Source of the DNA: an uncultured Christensenella sp.
GTDB lineage: Bacteria; Bacillota; Clostridia; Christensenellales; Borkfalkiaceae
NCBI GenBank assembly: GCA_910578065.1
Contig: CAJTPB010000009.1
Location: forward strand, 17,149 to 81,148
Length of the DNA stretch: 64,000 nt
Direction: 5' to 3'
This document shows positions 24,219 to 33,156 of this stretch, one piece after another. The position numbers and the translations under genes are program-made. The first letter of the stretch is position 1, and each line of letters begins with the position of its first letter. The notes under the pieces are model-generated. The model was given only the letters and a program-made list of their open reading frames with translations, was not told the origin of the DNA and searched no databases.

Positions 24219-26258
24219 ATGAGTATTTCGGCAAAAGACATTCGAAACATTGCGATCATCGGGCACAGCGGCGAGGGGAAAACCACTCTGTGCGAGGCGA
24301 TTTTGTTCAACGGCGGTTCGATCGAGCGCATGGGAAGAACGGATGCGGGCAGCACCGTTTCCGACTTCGACGAACAGGAGATCGCGCGGAAGATGTCCGT
24401 TTCCCTTTCCGTATCGTACACGGTGTGGAAGGAAACGAAATTAAACTTGTTAGACGTACCGGGGTTTTACGATTTCGAAGGGGAGTACAATCAGGCGATG
24501 CGCGCGTGCGGCGCGGCGCTGATCGTTACGGGCGCAAACGGCGCCGTTACGGTGGGGGCGGATAAGGCGATCACGGGCTGCATCCGCGCGAAGAAACCCG
24601 CGATCGTATTCATCAACGGCATGGATAAAGAAAACGCCGACTATCACGGCACCGTTGCCGCCCTCCGCGAACGGTATCACGGAAAGATCGCGCCCATTCA
24701 GATCCCCGTAATGGAGGGGAATAAAATGACGGGCGTCGTAAACGCGCTTACCGATAAGGCGTACCGCTTTACCAGCGTAGGCCCGGAAGAGGTGCCCGTT
24801 CCCCAATCGCTGAAAGAAGAGTTAGAGGCAATGCAATTTTCGCTGATGGAAACGGCGGCGGAAAACGACGACGTATTGTTGGAAAAATATTTCGAAACGG
24901 GCGCGCTTTCGCGCGAGGAAACCATTCACGGCATTCGCAAAGGGATCTTCGCCATGAACGTGATCCCCGTTATGGCGGGCAGCGCGCTGCAAAACCGCGG
25001 CGTTATCAACTTGATGAACGAAATCGTAAAGTACGTTCCGCAGGCGGCGGAACGCAGGGAACTTCCCGCAACCGATCTTTTAAAAGACGAAGTTGTGGGC
25101 ATTGCGTGCAAAGAGGGCAAACCGCTTGCGGCGCAGGTGTTCAAAACGGCGGTAGACCCGTTTGTGGGCAAGCTGAATTATCTGCGCGTCTGCCGCGGCG
25201 TGTTAAAAACGGGCGCTACGGTGCTTAATCCCAATACGGGCACGCAAGAACGCATCGGCGCGCTTTATCTTGTAAAGGGAAAAAAGCAGGAAGCGGTAAG
25301 CGAGCTGTGCGCGGGGGATATCGGCGCGGTCGCAAAGCTTGTGAATACGGGCACGGGCGATACGCTGTGCGACGAAAGCGCGCCCGTCAAATTCGACCCC
25401 ATTCTGTTCCCTAAACCCGTTTTATACATGGCGGTTTCCGCAAAAGTGCGCGGCACGGAAGACAAAGTGTTTACAGGGCTTGCGCGCCTTGCCGAAGAGG
25501 ATAAAAGTTTTACCGTAAGCAAATCGGATACGGGCGAAACGCTTATCGGCGGGCAGGGGGAAGTACACCTCGATATTATTTGCAAAAAGCTGAAAAGTAA
25601 ATTCGGCGCGGATGCCGACTTGCATAAGCCCCGCATTGCGTATAAAGAAACGATCCGCTCCGTCGCTTCGGCAGAAGGAAAGTATAAAAAACAGACGGGC
25701 GGGCACGGGCAGTACGGGCACTGCAAAATGCGCTTCGAACCGTGCGAAAACGACTTCGAGTTTGCGGAAGAGGTCGTCGGCGGATCGGTGCCCAAGCAGT
25801 ATATTCCCGCGGTGGAAAAGGGGATCGTCGAATGCCTGCCGCACGGCGTTTTGGCGGGGTATCCCGTCATCCGTATCAAGGCGGTGCTCTGCGACGGCAG
25901 TTATCACGAGGTAGACTCTTCCGAGGCGGCGTTTAAAGCGGCGGCGGAACTCGCCTTCCGCGAGGGCATGAAAAACGCTTCTCCCGTGCTGTTAGAACCT
26001 ATTTGCAAATTGCGTATCGCCGTACCCGAACAGTACCTCGGCGACGTGCTGGGCGATTTGAATAAGCGCAGGGGCAGGATCGTGGGTATGGACGCGCAAG
26101 ACGATTTGCAGGTGGTCACGGCAGAGGCGCCGCAATCGGAAATTTTAACGTATGCAACGGCACTCCGTTCCATGACGCAGGGCAGAGGAAAATTTTCCGA
26201 AGCGTTCGTCCGTTACGAACAGGCGCCCGAATCGGTATTGCAAAACTTGCAAAAATAA
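24219..26258 (+). CDS. Elongation factor G family translational GTPase (EF-G paralog)
   Basis: NIAIIGHSGEGKTTL (G1), DVPGFYDF (G3), INGMDK (G4), with domains II-V alignable to EF-G. Confidence 0.85.
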   Translation: MSISAKDIRNIAIIGHSGEGKTTLCEAILFNGGSIERMGRTDAGSTVSDFDEQEIARKMSVSLSVSYTVWKETKLNLLDVPGFYDFEGEYNQAMRACGAALIVTGANGAVTVGADKAITGCIRAKKPAIVFINGMDKENADYHGTVAALRERYHGKIAPIQIPVMEGNKMTGVVNALTDKAYRFTSVGPEEVPVPQSLKEELEAMQFSLMETAAENDDVLLEKYFETGALSREETIHGIRKGIFAMNVIPVMAGSALQNRGVINLMNEIVKYVPQAAERRELPATDLLKDEVVGIACKEGKPLAAQVFKTAVDPFVGKLNYLRVCRGVLKTGATVLNPNTGTQERIGALYLVKGKKQEAVSELCAGDIGAVAKLVNTGTGDTLCDESAPVKFDPILFPKPVLYMAVSAKVRGTEDKVFTGLARLAEEDKSFTVSKSDTGETLIGGQGEVHLDIICKKLKSKFGADADLHKPRIAYKETIRSVASAEGKYKKQTGGHGQYGHCKMRFEPCENDFEFAEEVVGGSVPKQYIPAVEKGIVECLPHGVLAGYPVIRIKAVLCDGSYHEVDSSEAAFKAAAELAFREGMKNASPVLLEPICKLRIAVPEQYLGDVLGDLNKRRGRIVGMDAQDDLQVVTAEAPQSEILTYATALRSMTQGRGKFSEAFVRYEQAPESVLQNLQK

Positions 26259-26270
26259 CGCGTTCGTCGA

Positions 26271-26303
26271 ACGGCGGAAGGGATTTTCCCTTCCGTCGTT
26301 TTA
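26271..26303 (+). terminator. Rho-independent terminator after the EF-G paralog
   Basis: ACGGCGGAAGGG-ATTTT-CCCTTCCGTCGT followed by TTT. Confidence 0.75.
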
Positions 26304-26361
26304 CAACGGACAGTCGAGTTTTATATATTAAATTGCCGTAATAAAATAAGCAGGTGTATCT

Positions 26362-26397
26362 ACAAAAAACCGCGCCCCGCAAAAGCAGGGCGCAGGG
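26362..26397. repeat. Left copy of a ~35-bp direct repeat flanking the AT-rich island (degenerate hairpin)
   Basis: ACAAAAAACCGCGCCCCGCAAAAGCAGGGCGCAGGGA, compared with the copy at 27855-27890. Confidence 0.6.
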
Positions 26398-26491
26398 ATC
26401 AACTTTTCAAGGTGTGATACCCGAATCGGTATTGTAAAATTTATAAAAGCATAACGGACGGGATTTCCCGTCCGTTATGTTTTTATTTCCG

Positions 26492-26635
26492 TTACTCTTC
26501 TTCGTTTTTATCGTTCTTTTGTTTGTTTTTTATCTTCGCCGAAATTTTTTGCGTTAATTTATCCCAAAGCTGTTCCATTAACTTATCCGGCCACAACAAA
26601 CCGAGAACAGCAAATGTCGGTGCAAGCCACTTCAT
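26492..26635 (-). CDS. Possible 47-aa small protein in the AT-rich island. Upstream TM-like frames look frameshifted.
   Basis: MKWLAPTFAVLGLLWPDKLMEQLWDKLTQKISAKIKNKQKNDKNEEE, followed by the hairpin ATAACGGACGGG-ATTTC-CCGTCCGTTAT. Confidence 0.3.
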   Translation of the reverse strand: MKWLAPTFAVLGLLWPDKLMEQLWDKLTQKISAKIKNKQKNDKNEEE

Positions 26636-26761
26636 GGTATCTCTGAGACGTATTAAATGAATAACAGGTTCACTGTTCCAAAAGAAGAATAAAGTTAATA
26701 GGCATAGTAAAGAAACAAAAAGTAATTTTAATCCAAAATTTTCATGCTTGATATTCCTTAT

Positions 26762-27685
26762 TTAGTTTTTATAACGAAATGCGACAGGTTTATCCGTACT
26801 TTTTTGATAATATTGTTTAATATTAGGATCAACGTTGATATCTACACTGGGTGGAAGGCTAAAGTTAAAGGAGAAGTCATAGGATGTTTCTGTTGTCCAA
26901 TGGAAGTAATTCGCTACTGCGGAATTGTAACCGTTATAATCGGGATTGGAATTTGCTTTTACAATTATAATCGAATATGTACCCGTATAATTGCCGATAT
27001 CGAATTTGTAAACGCCGTAACTTCCGCTTGCATAATTCATTCGTATGGTTTTTTCGTCGGAAATGCGGAAACGCGCAGCAATTCCTATGTTCGGATTATA
27101 ATTTGTAATTGCCTCTAAGCCGCGATATACATAAAAACTTGCGGAAACCAAATTTTTCGGTACGGTAATGCTGGGGTGCGTCGTTTTATATTCGGTGCGG
27201 ATACCGTCGCTGCAAAATTGTAACCAAGCCGTATCGGGCAGGGCGGTAAAAGAATCTCCCCAATAAATTGAAGCCGCATCTTGGAAAACGGGCATTTCTT
27301 TATTCCATGCCCAATTAAAGGATAATTGCTTTTCGGAAACGTTATCTTTATAAGAGATATGGCTAACCGTCAGCTTTCCCGTAAAGCCTTCCCAATCGTG
27401 CCCTAAATCGATCATAGGCATAATGCCGTCTTCCGTAACTGCCATGTCGCTTTCGAATACCGCTTTGTAATCGTAAAGCTGCCGTTTCGAACATTCACCC
27501 GTCATTTGTATAAATTCTTCCGAATAGCCGTTTTCGCGCAAATTTTAGTCGACTATTACGATGGGGGCTTCCCCTGCGGGTAGTTCTTCCGCGCGGGAAG
27601 TTACCTTAAAACAAAGAATGCTTCCGATCGCGATTGCGGAAAGCAAGGTGGCGGACAAACAAGTTACAGTGATACTTTTGTTCAT
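26762..27685 (-). pseudogene. Secreted or membrane-anchored beta-rich protein of unknown family, interrupted by one in-frame TAA
   Basis: GGGAGG RBS plus ATG at 27685 encodes the signal-anchor MNKSITVTCLSATLLSAIAIGSILCF... An in-frame TAA (complement of 27545-27547) follows, and the same frame then continues as the 259-aa ORF 26762-27541. Confidence 0.6.
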
Positions 27686-27854
27686 AAGATTTCCTCCCTA
27701 ACAGTTTATTTGCGAAAAAGCATTTTTGTGTTTTCGCAATTACATAGTAACATATTTTACCAATTTTTCAATAGCTTTCTGAAAAAAATTTCATATATAA
27801 ACGATTATGAATAACAATTAAATGTCAATAAATGACACACATTGGCGAATTTCG

Positions 27855-27890
27855 ACAAAAACCGCGCCTCGCAAAAGCGGGGCGCGGGAA
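27855..27890. repeat. Right copy of the direct repeat. It also serves as the minus-strand terminator of the 27903-28430 gene.
   Basis: ACAAAAACCGCGCCTCGCAAAAGCGGGGCGCGGGAA. It forms an 11-bp perfect hairpin followed by a T-run on the minus strand. Confidence 0.65.
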
Positions 27891-27902
27891 AAAGGTTGCC
27901 GC

Positions 27903-28430
27903 TTATCGAAGCGTTGGTAAAAGTTCCGCAATTATTTTTGCGCTTGCGCACAGTTCCGCGTCCGAAAGCGGTTCGCCGTATTCTTTCAGCGTTTCCCGCA
28001 CGAATCGGGCAAGTTCTTCCCCCTGCTTTTCGCAGGAAAGCAAGGCATTTAACACCTGTTCTCTTTTCTCCTGAGGAACGATTCCGTCTAACAGGGAAGA
28101 AAGCGCGGGCTGTTTCTTTTTTGCGCGGAAAAACTGCTCGTACGTCAAATAATACAGCGTTGCCGCGCACCCGCAGGCAAATCCGTTTTCGAGTACGGTC
28201 GCCGCGTTTTGCACAAGATAAACCGCGCTTCGTTCCCTTATTGCCGCATATGCCGCATAAAAGAGGAGTCCCAAAAGAAAGGGCGCAAACAAATAAACTT
28301 TTTTAGGGCAGCGTTCGGGCAGTATCTTTTTCAGCAAGGATACGCACAGCGTAACGCCGAACGCAAGTAAAAGCACCTCCCACCGATATAAGCGGAAAGC
28401 GCCGAAAATTTGCATTACCGTCATATTCAC
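27903..28430 (-). CDS. Hypothetical membrane protein (about 4 TM segments plus a soluble C-terminal tail)
   Basis: 175-aa ORF with its own terminator. No family recognised. Confidence 0.55.
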   Translation of the reverse strand: MNMTVMQIFGAFRLYRWEVLLLAFGVTLCVSLLKKILPERCPKKVYLFAPFLLGLLFYAAYAAIRERSAVYLVQNAATVLENGFACGCAATLYYLTYEQFFRAKKKQPALSSLLDGIVPQEKREQVLNALLSCEKQGEELARFVRETLKEYGEPLSDAELCASAKIIAELLPTLR

Positions 28431-28500
28431 CTCTGCATTTCCCGCCGCAACGGTATTGTATCACGAAAAAAGAAATCGTTGGGTTTTATATGACGGAATT

Positions 28501-29289
28501 TTAATTTTTTCCGCCTTTGGGCGGCGTGTTTAAATATTTTTTGTATTGGCGGTAAAATGTGGAATAGTTTTCAAAGGCGCATTTTGCCGCGGCTTCGGTG
28601 GGCGGCGTGCCGCCTGCGATCAGCTGCTGCGCGTATAATATGCGTTTTCGGTTAATGTATTGCATGGCGCTGATTTGCAGGTGATTGCGAAAGGCGTGCG
28701 TGATCCACGATTCGCTTACAAAAAACGTCTTTGCAAGCGAAGAAATATCGAGCGGTTTTTCCAAATTCTCGTCTACGTAGCGCAGAATTTCTCCGAGCAG
28801 CGGATGCACGACGGTCGCGCCGCCGCTTTGCGGCTGCGCTTCGTATTTCAGCGCAAGCAGAATAAAGTGTAGAATGCCTTGCAGCGCGATATAACGGTCT
28901 TCTTCCGAAGAATATTGTTCGATCGCGCAGACGGCGTTTTTGTACGCCCGCGCGATCGCGCTTTCGGCGGGCACGTTGTAATACGTCTGCATTTCGTCGA
29001 GGGCGGGCAAAAGAGGGTCGGGAAGCTCTTCTTTGGGAAAATTGATCACGATCCTGTGATAGGGCGCATCCGAATTCAGCTTTGCAAAGTGGTATACGGA
29101 AGGGCGTATCAAAAGCAGATCGTTTTTGCGCAGGCGGTACACCGAATCCCCCACAAGATAGTCGGAATTGCCCTCTAAAAAATAATACAATTCGTATTCG
29201 TTGTGCAAGTGGCGGCGAAAATCTTCCTTTACGGGATTGCGCGACTGCTTGTTTGCAAAATAAAATTTATCTTTGCGAAATTCTGCCAT
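28501..29289 (-). CDS. AraC family transcriptional regulator (cupin sensor plus HTH_18)
   Basis: N-terminal cupin-like HNEYELYYFLEGNSDY. C-terminal AraC HTH ISSLAKTFFVSESWITHAFRNH ... FENYSTFYRQYKKY. Confidence 0.85.
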   Translation of the reverse strand: MAEFRKDKFYFANKQSRNPVKEDFRRHLHNEYELYYFLEGNSDYLVGDSVYRLRKNDLLLIRPSVYHFAKLNSDAPYHRIVINFPKEELPDPLLPALDEMQTYYNVPAESAIARAYKNAVCAIEQYSSEEDRYIALQGILHFILLALKYEAQPQSGGATVVHPLLGEILRYVDENLEKPLDISSLAKTFFVSESWITHAFRNHLQISAMQYINRKRILYAQQLIAGGTPPTEAAAKCAFENYSTFYRQYKKYLNTPPKGGKN

Positions 29290-29346
29290 GTCGGCATTAT
29301 AGCATGCGCGTGCCGAAATTGCAATCTATTTTGCTAAATTCGTTAT

Positions 29347-29374
29347 TGATATTCTTTTTCGGCACGGGTATAAT
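29347..29374 (+). promoter_or_regulatory. Promoter of the sugar-acid operon, with a 9-bp inverted repeat reaching into the spacer
   Basis: TTGATA, 16 nt, TATAAT (29369-29374). The inverted repeat is GTGCCGAAA (29310-29318) / TTTCGGCAC (29357-29365). Confidence 0.55.
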
Positions 29375-29400
29375 GTTAAAAAAAAGAAGGAGGAAGCCGC

Positions 29401-30249
29401 ATGATTCGTTTGTGCGCGTTTTCGGACGAAGCGGACGCAAGTTTAAGCGGGCAGATCGACGCGCTGCACCGCAACGCGATCGCTCTTACCGAACTGAGAA
29501 GCGTAGGGGGCAAAAACGTTTCCAAATTGACGGAGGGGGAAGCGAAAGAAATTTACAACACGTTAAAGCAAGAGGGGATCGCCGTATGGGCGTTGGGCTC
29601 CCCCTTGGGCAAGGCGGAAATCGACGTCGATTTTACGCAGTATCTCGAAGAGGTAAAGCACGTTTGCGCGCTTGCCTGCGCGCTCGGCACCGATAAAATT
29701 CGGGCGTTCAGCTTTTTTCATGCGGAAGGGCAGCGGCAAAAGGTGCTCGATCGTTTGAACCGAATGGCAGAAACGGCGAAAGCGTTCGGCGTAACGCTGT
29801 ATCACGAAAACGAAAAGGAAATATACGGGGATATTGCTTCGCGCGTTTTCGATTTAATGGAAAATCTGCACGGGTGGGAATTTGTTTACGATCCCGCAAA
29901 CTTTATTCAGGTAGGGGAGCCCTCGCAAAAAACGTTGCCGCTGTTTGCGCATAGGTGCGCGTACTATCATATCAAAGACGTAATTGCGGAAACGGGCGAA
30001 CTCGTTCCCGCGGGCTGCGGCGATGGGGATCTGCGCGGGCTGATCGCGGGGATTACGAAGGATACCGTGCTTACAATAGAGCCTCACCTTGCGGTGTTCG
30101 AAGGGTATGCGCAGATAGACGGCAGCCAAATGAAGCATAAATTCCGTTTCGAAAGCAAGGGGCAGGCGTTCGATCGTGCTGCCGCAGTGTTAAAAGAACT
30201 GCTTGCGCAAACGGGCTATCGCGAAGCGGACGGAGGGTATATCAAGTGA
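29401..30249 (+). CDS. Sugar phosphate isomerase/epimerase (xylose-isomerase-like TIM barrel)
   Basis: 282 aa with TLYHENEKE and TIEPHL metal-site-like motifs. Confidence 0.8.
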   Translation: MIRLCAFSDEADASLSGQIDALHRNAIALTELRSVGGKNVSKLTEGEAKEIYNTLKQEGIAVWALGSPLGKAEIDVDFTQYLEEVKHVCALACALGTDKIRAFSFFHAEGQRQKVLDRLNRMAETAKAFGVTLYHENEKEIYGDIASRVFDLMENLHGWEFVYDPANFIQVGEPSQKTLPLFAHRCAYYHIKDVIAETGELVPAGCGDGDLRGLIAGITKDTVLTIEPHLAVFEGYAQIDGSQMKHKFRFESKGQAFDRAAAVLKELLAQTGYREADGGYIK

Positions 30250-31019
30250 ACGCGGGCATCAATTTATTTTCTTTGCGCAAGCTGCTCGGCAGCGAAGAAG
30301 GCTTTTTATCTACGCTGCGCGCCTTAGCAAACATGGGGTATTCGTATCTGCAAATATCGGGCGCGCCCTGGAACGCCGCCCTCTTTGCAAAAGGCAGCAA
30401 AGAATACGGGCTGCCCGTGTATTTGACGCACGCGCCGATGGATCGCATTTTAAACGATACCGACGCTTTGATGAAAGAGCACGAACTGTTCGGGTGCGGC
30501 AATATCGGGCTGGGCATGATGCCCGTAGAAACGGTGATAGACGAAAGCGCGTGCAAAGCGTGCATTGAACGGTTGAACGGCGCGGCGGAGCGGATGAAGC
30601 GCAACGGGTTTACCTTTTTCTATCATCATCACCACTTCGAATTTTTCCGCCATAACGGAGAAACGGTGTTCGAATATATGTTGAAAAACGCGCCCTCGAT
30701 CAACTTTACGGCAGATTCTTATTGGCTGCAATACGGCGGCGTTACCCCCGAATCGTACTTTAAAAAACTGCGCGGGCGCACGGCGTGCGTGCATTTAAAA
30801 GATTACCGCATCGTCTGCGAACAGAGCGATACGGGCGCGCGGTTAAAACCCGCGTTTGCGCCCGTCGGCTGCGGCTCGCTCGACTTTGCGGCGATCGTTA
30901 AGGCGGCGAAAAAAGCGGGCGCAAAGTATTTCTTCGTCGAACAAGACGACGCGTGCGATTATCCAGACCCGCTTGCCCAAGCGGAAAAAAGCATTCGGTA
31001 TATTAAGGAGAATTTGTAA
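30246..31019 (+). CDS. Sugar phosphate isomerase/epimerase (second TIM-barrel paralog)
   Basis: 257 aa with FFYHHHHFEF, VHLKDY and FFVEQD motifs. Its start overlaps the upstream stop. Confidence 0.8.
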   Translation: MNAGINLFSLRKLLGSEEGFLSTLRALANMGYSYLQISGAPWNAALFAKGSKEYGLPVYLTHAPMDRILNDTDALMKEHELFGCGNIGLGMMPVETVIDESACKACIERLNGAAERMKRNGFTFFYHHHHFEFFRHNGETVFEYMLKNAPSINFTADSYWLQYGGVTPESYFKKLRGRTACVHLKDYRIVCEQSDTGARLKPAFAPVGCGSLDFAAIVKAAKKAGAKYFFVEQDDACDYPDPLAQAEKSIRYIKENL

Positions 31020-32203
31020 TGAAAGAAAAAATCAGATTCGGCGTGATCGGTTTGGGCAATCAAGGCTCTACCTACGTGTTAAAGTTATTCGACGAAGGAA
31101 AAATCGAAAACGGCGTCGTTACCGCCATGTGCGATTGTAACCCCGCCAAGATCGAAGCGATCAAACAGAAAACGAAAAACAACGCGGCGCAGTATTTTAC
31201 CGATTATAAGCAAATGCTTGCAAGCGGACTGTGCGACGCGGCGCTCATCGAAACGCCCCACTATCTGCACCCCGAAATGGCGATCGAATGCTTTCGGAAC
31301 GGGATCGCCGCGATTTCGGAAAAGCCCGCGGGCGTGTATGCCGAACAGGTAAAAGAGATGAACGAAGCGGCGAAAAAGAGCGGCGTGCCCTTTGCGATGA
31401 TGTTCAACCAGCGCACTAACTGCGTATACCGCAAAATGCGCGAATTGTATCTTTCGGGCGAGATCGGAACGTTGCAGCGCGTCAGCTGGACGATCACCGA
31501 TTGGTTTCGCACGCAACATTATTACGATACGGGAAGCTGGCGTGCGACTTGGGCGGGCGAAGGGGGCGGCGTGCTCATCAATCAATGCCCCCACCAACTC
31601 GATTTGATCGGTTGGATCTTGGGCGAACTGCCCGCAACCGTGCGCGGATTCTGCGAATACGGCAAGTGGCACGATATCGAAGTAGAAGACGAAGTTACCG
31701 CGTTTTTCACCTATCGAAACGGCGCGACGGGGGTGTTCATTACCACCACGGGCGAAACGCCGGGGGCGAACAGATTGGAAATTTCGGGCACGAAGGGCAA
31801 GCTGCTGTGCGAAGGGGATAAACTGTATTTATACCGCAACGCGCAAGACGGCAAAGAATTTTGCCTTACTTCGCAAGAGTCGTTCGCAAAACCCAAGTGC
31901 GTGCGGGAAGAGGTGCAAACGGACGGAAAAAATCCGCAGCATGCGGGCATAATAAATAATTTCGCAAACGCTCTTTTGGGCAAAGAAGAACTGTTCGTCG
32001 CGGGCACGGAAGGCATTCACGGGGTAGAGTTGATGAACGCGATCGAACTTTCGGGCTGGCTGGGCGGCGAAGCGGTTTCCCTTCCCGTAGACGGAAAAGA
32101 GTATCTGCGCGAGCTGAACGTGCGCCGCGCGCATTCCCGTCTAAAAGAGCAGTGCGACGGCGTTGCGGAAAGTACCGAAAACACGTACGGAGGAAGCAAG
32201 TGA
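31019..32203 (+). CDS. Gfo/Idh/MocA family oxidoreductase
   Basis: N-terminal Rossmann IRFGVIGLGNQG and EKP motif ISEKPAG. Confidence 0.85.
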   Translation: MKEKIRFGVIGLGNQGSTYVLKLFDEGKIENGVVTAMCDCNPAKIEAIKQKTKNNAAQYFTDYKQMLASGLCDAALIETPHYLHPEMAIECFRNGIAAISEKPAGVYAEQVKEMNEAAKKSGVPFAMMFNQRTNCVYRKMRELYLSGEIGTLQRVSWTITDWFRTQHYYDTGSWRATWAGEGGGVLINQCPHQLDLIGWILGELPATVRGFCEYGKWHDIEVEDEVTAFFTYRNGATGVFITTTGETPGANRLEISGTKGKLLCEGDKLYLYRNAQDGKEFCLTSQESFAKPKCVREEVQTDGKNPQHAGIINNFANALLGKEELFVAGTEGIHGVELMNAIELSGWLGGEAVSLPVDGKEYLRELNVRRAHSRLKEQCDGVAESTENTYGGSK

Positions 32204-33156
32204 AATCGGCTGTGATCGGTTTGGGCGTAATCGGAAAGGTGCACGCCGAACTGTTAAAACAAAACGGAACGCTCGCCGCCGTGTGCGATTGCGACGGGGA
32301 AAAGCTGCGCCTGTATCAAGGCGTGCGCGGGTATAACGACTGGCGGGAACTGCTCGAAAAAGAGCGCCCCGACGCGGTGCATATCTGCACGCCCCACTGT
32401 TTGCATGCGGAAATGACGATTGCCGCGCTCGAACAAAACATCAACGTGTTGTGCGAAAAGCCGCTGTACATGCGTAGGGAAGAAATCGAAAAAATCCTTT
32501 CCGCCGAACGAAATTCCCGCGCGCAGCTGGGGGTATGCTTTCAAAACAGATACAATCCATCGTCGCTGTACGCGAAAAATTTTTTGCGCGGAAAAACCGT
32601 TTCGGGCGGCGCGGGCATGCTTGTTTGGCGGCGGGATAAGCAATATTACGCTTCCGCTCAATGGCGGGGAACGCGCGCGGGCGAAGGGGGCGGGGTGCTT
32701 ATCAATCAGGCATTGCACACCGTCGATCTGCTGTGTTGGTTTTTAGGAGTTCCCGATTTCGTTACGGCAACCGTTTGCAATCTTTCGCTGCAAAACGTTA
32801 TCGAAGTAGAGGATACGGCGGTCGTGCGCTGTACGGGAAAAAGCGGATTTTCGCTGTTTGCGACTAACGGCGGCGCGCGGGATTTTCCGCCCGAAATCGT
32901 ATTGCAGGCGGAAGGCGGCGAACTGCGCGTTTTGCCGAACGGCGTGTTTGTAAACGGCGAAAAGGTGCCCGTGGCGCGCATGCGCGAAGGGCTGGCAAAG
33001 CCCTGTTACGGCGGCGGGCACGGCGCGCTCGTCGAAGATTTTTACGACTGTTTGCGTACGGGCAGAAAGTTTGAAATCGACGGAAAAGAGGGCGCAAAGG
33101 CGGTAAAAATCGTGCTTGCGGCATACGAAAGCGCGGGAAAGGAAGTAAAGGTATGA
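32200..33156 (+). CDS. Gfo/Idh/MocA family oxidoreductase (second paralog)
   Basis: GGAGG-N6-GTG at 32200 (VKSAVIGLGVIGKVH) and CEKP motif. The listed ORF extends upstream, but that part overlaps the previous gene. Confidence 0.8.
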   Translation: MKSAVIGLGVIGKVHAELLKQNGTLAAVCDCDGEKLRLYQGVRGYNDWRELLEKERPDAVHICTPHCLHAEMTIAALEQNINVLCEKPLYMRREEIEKILSAERNSRAQLGVCFQNRYNPSSLYAKNFLRGKTVSGGAGMLVWRRDKQYYASAQWRGTRAGEGGGVLINQALHTVDLLCWFLGVPDFVTATVCNLSLQNVIEVEDTAVVRCTGKSGFSLFATNGGARDFPPEIVLQAEGGELRVLPNGVFVNGEKVPVARMREGLAKPCYGGGHGALVEDFYDCLRTGRKFEIDGKEGAKAVKIVLAAYESAGKEVKV

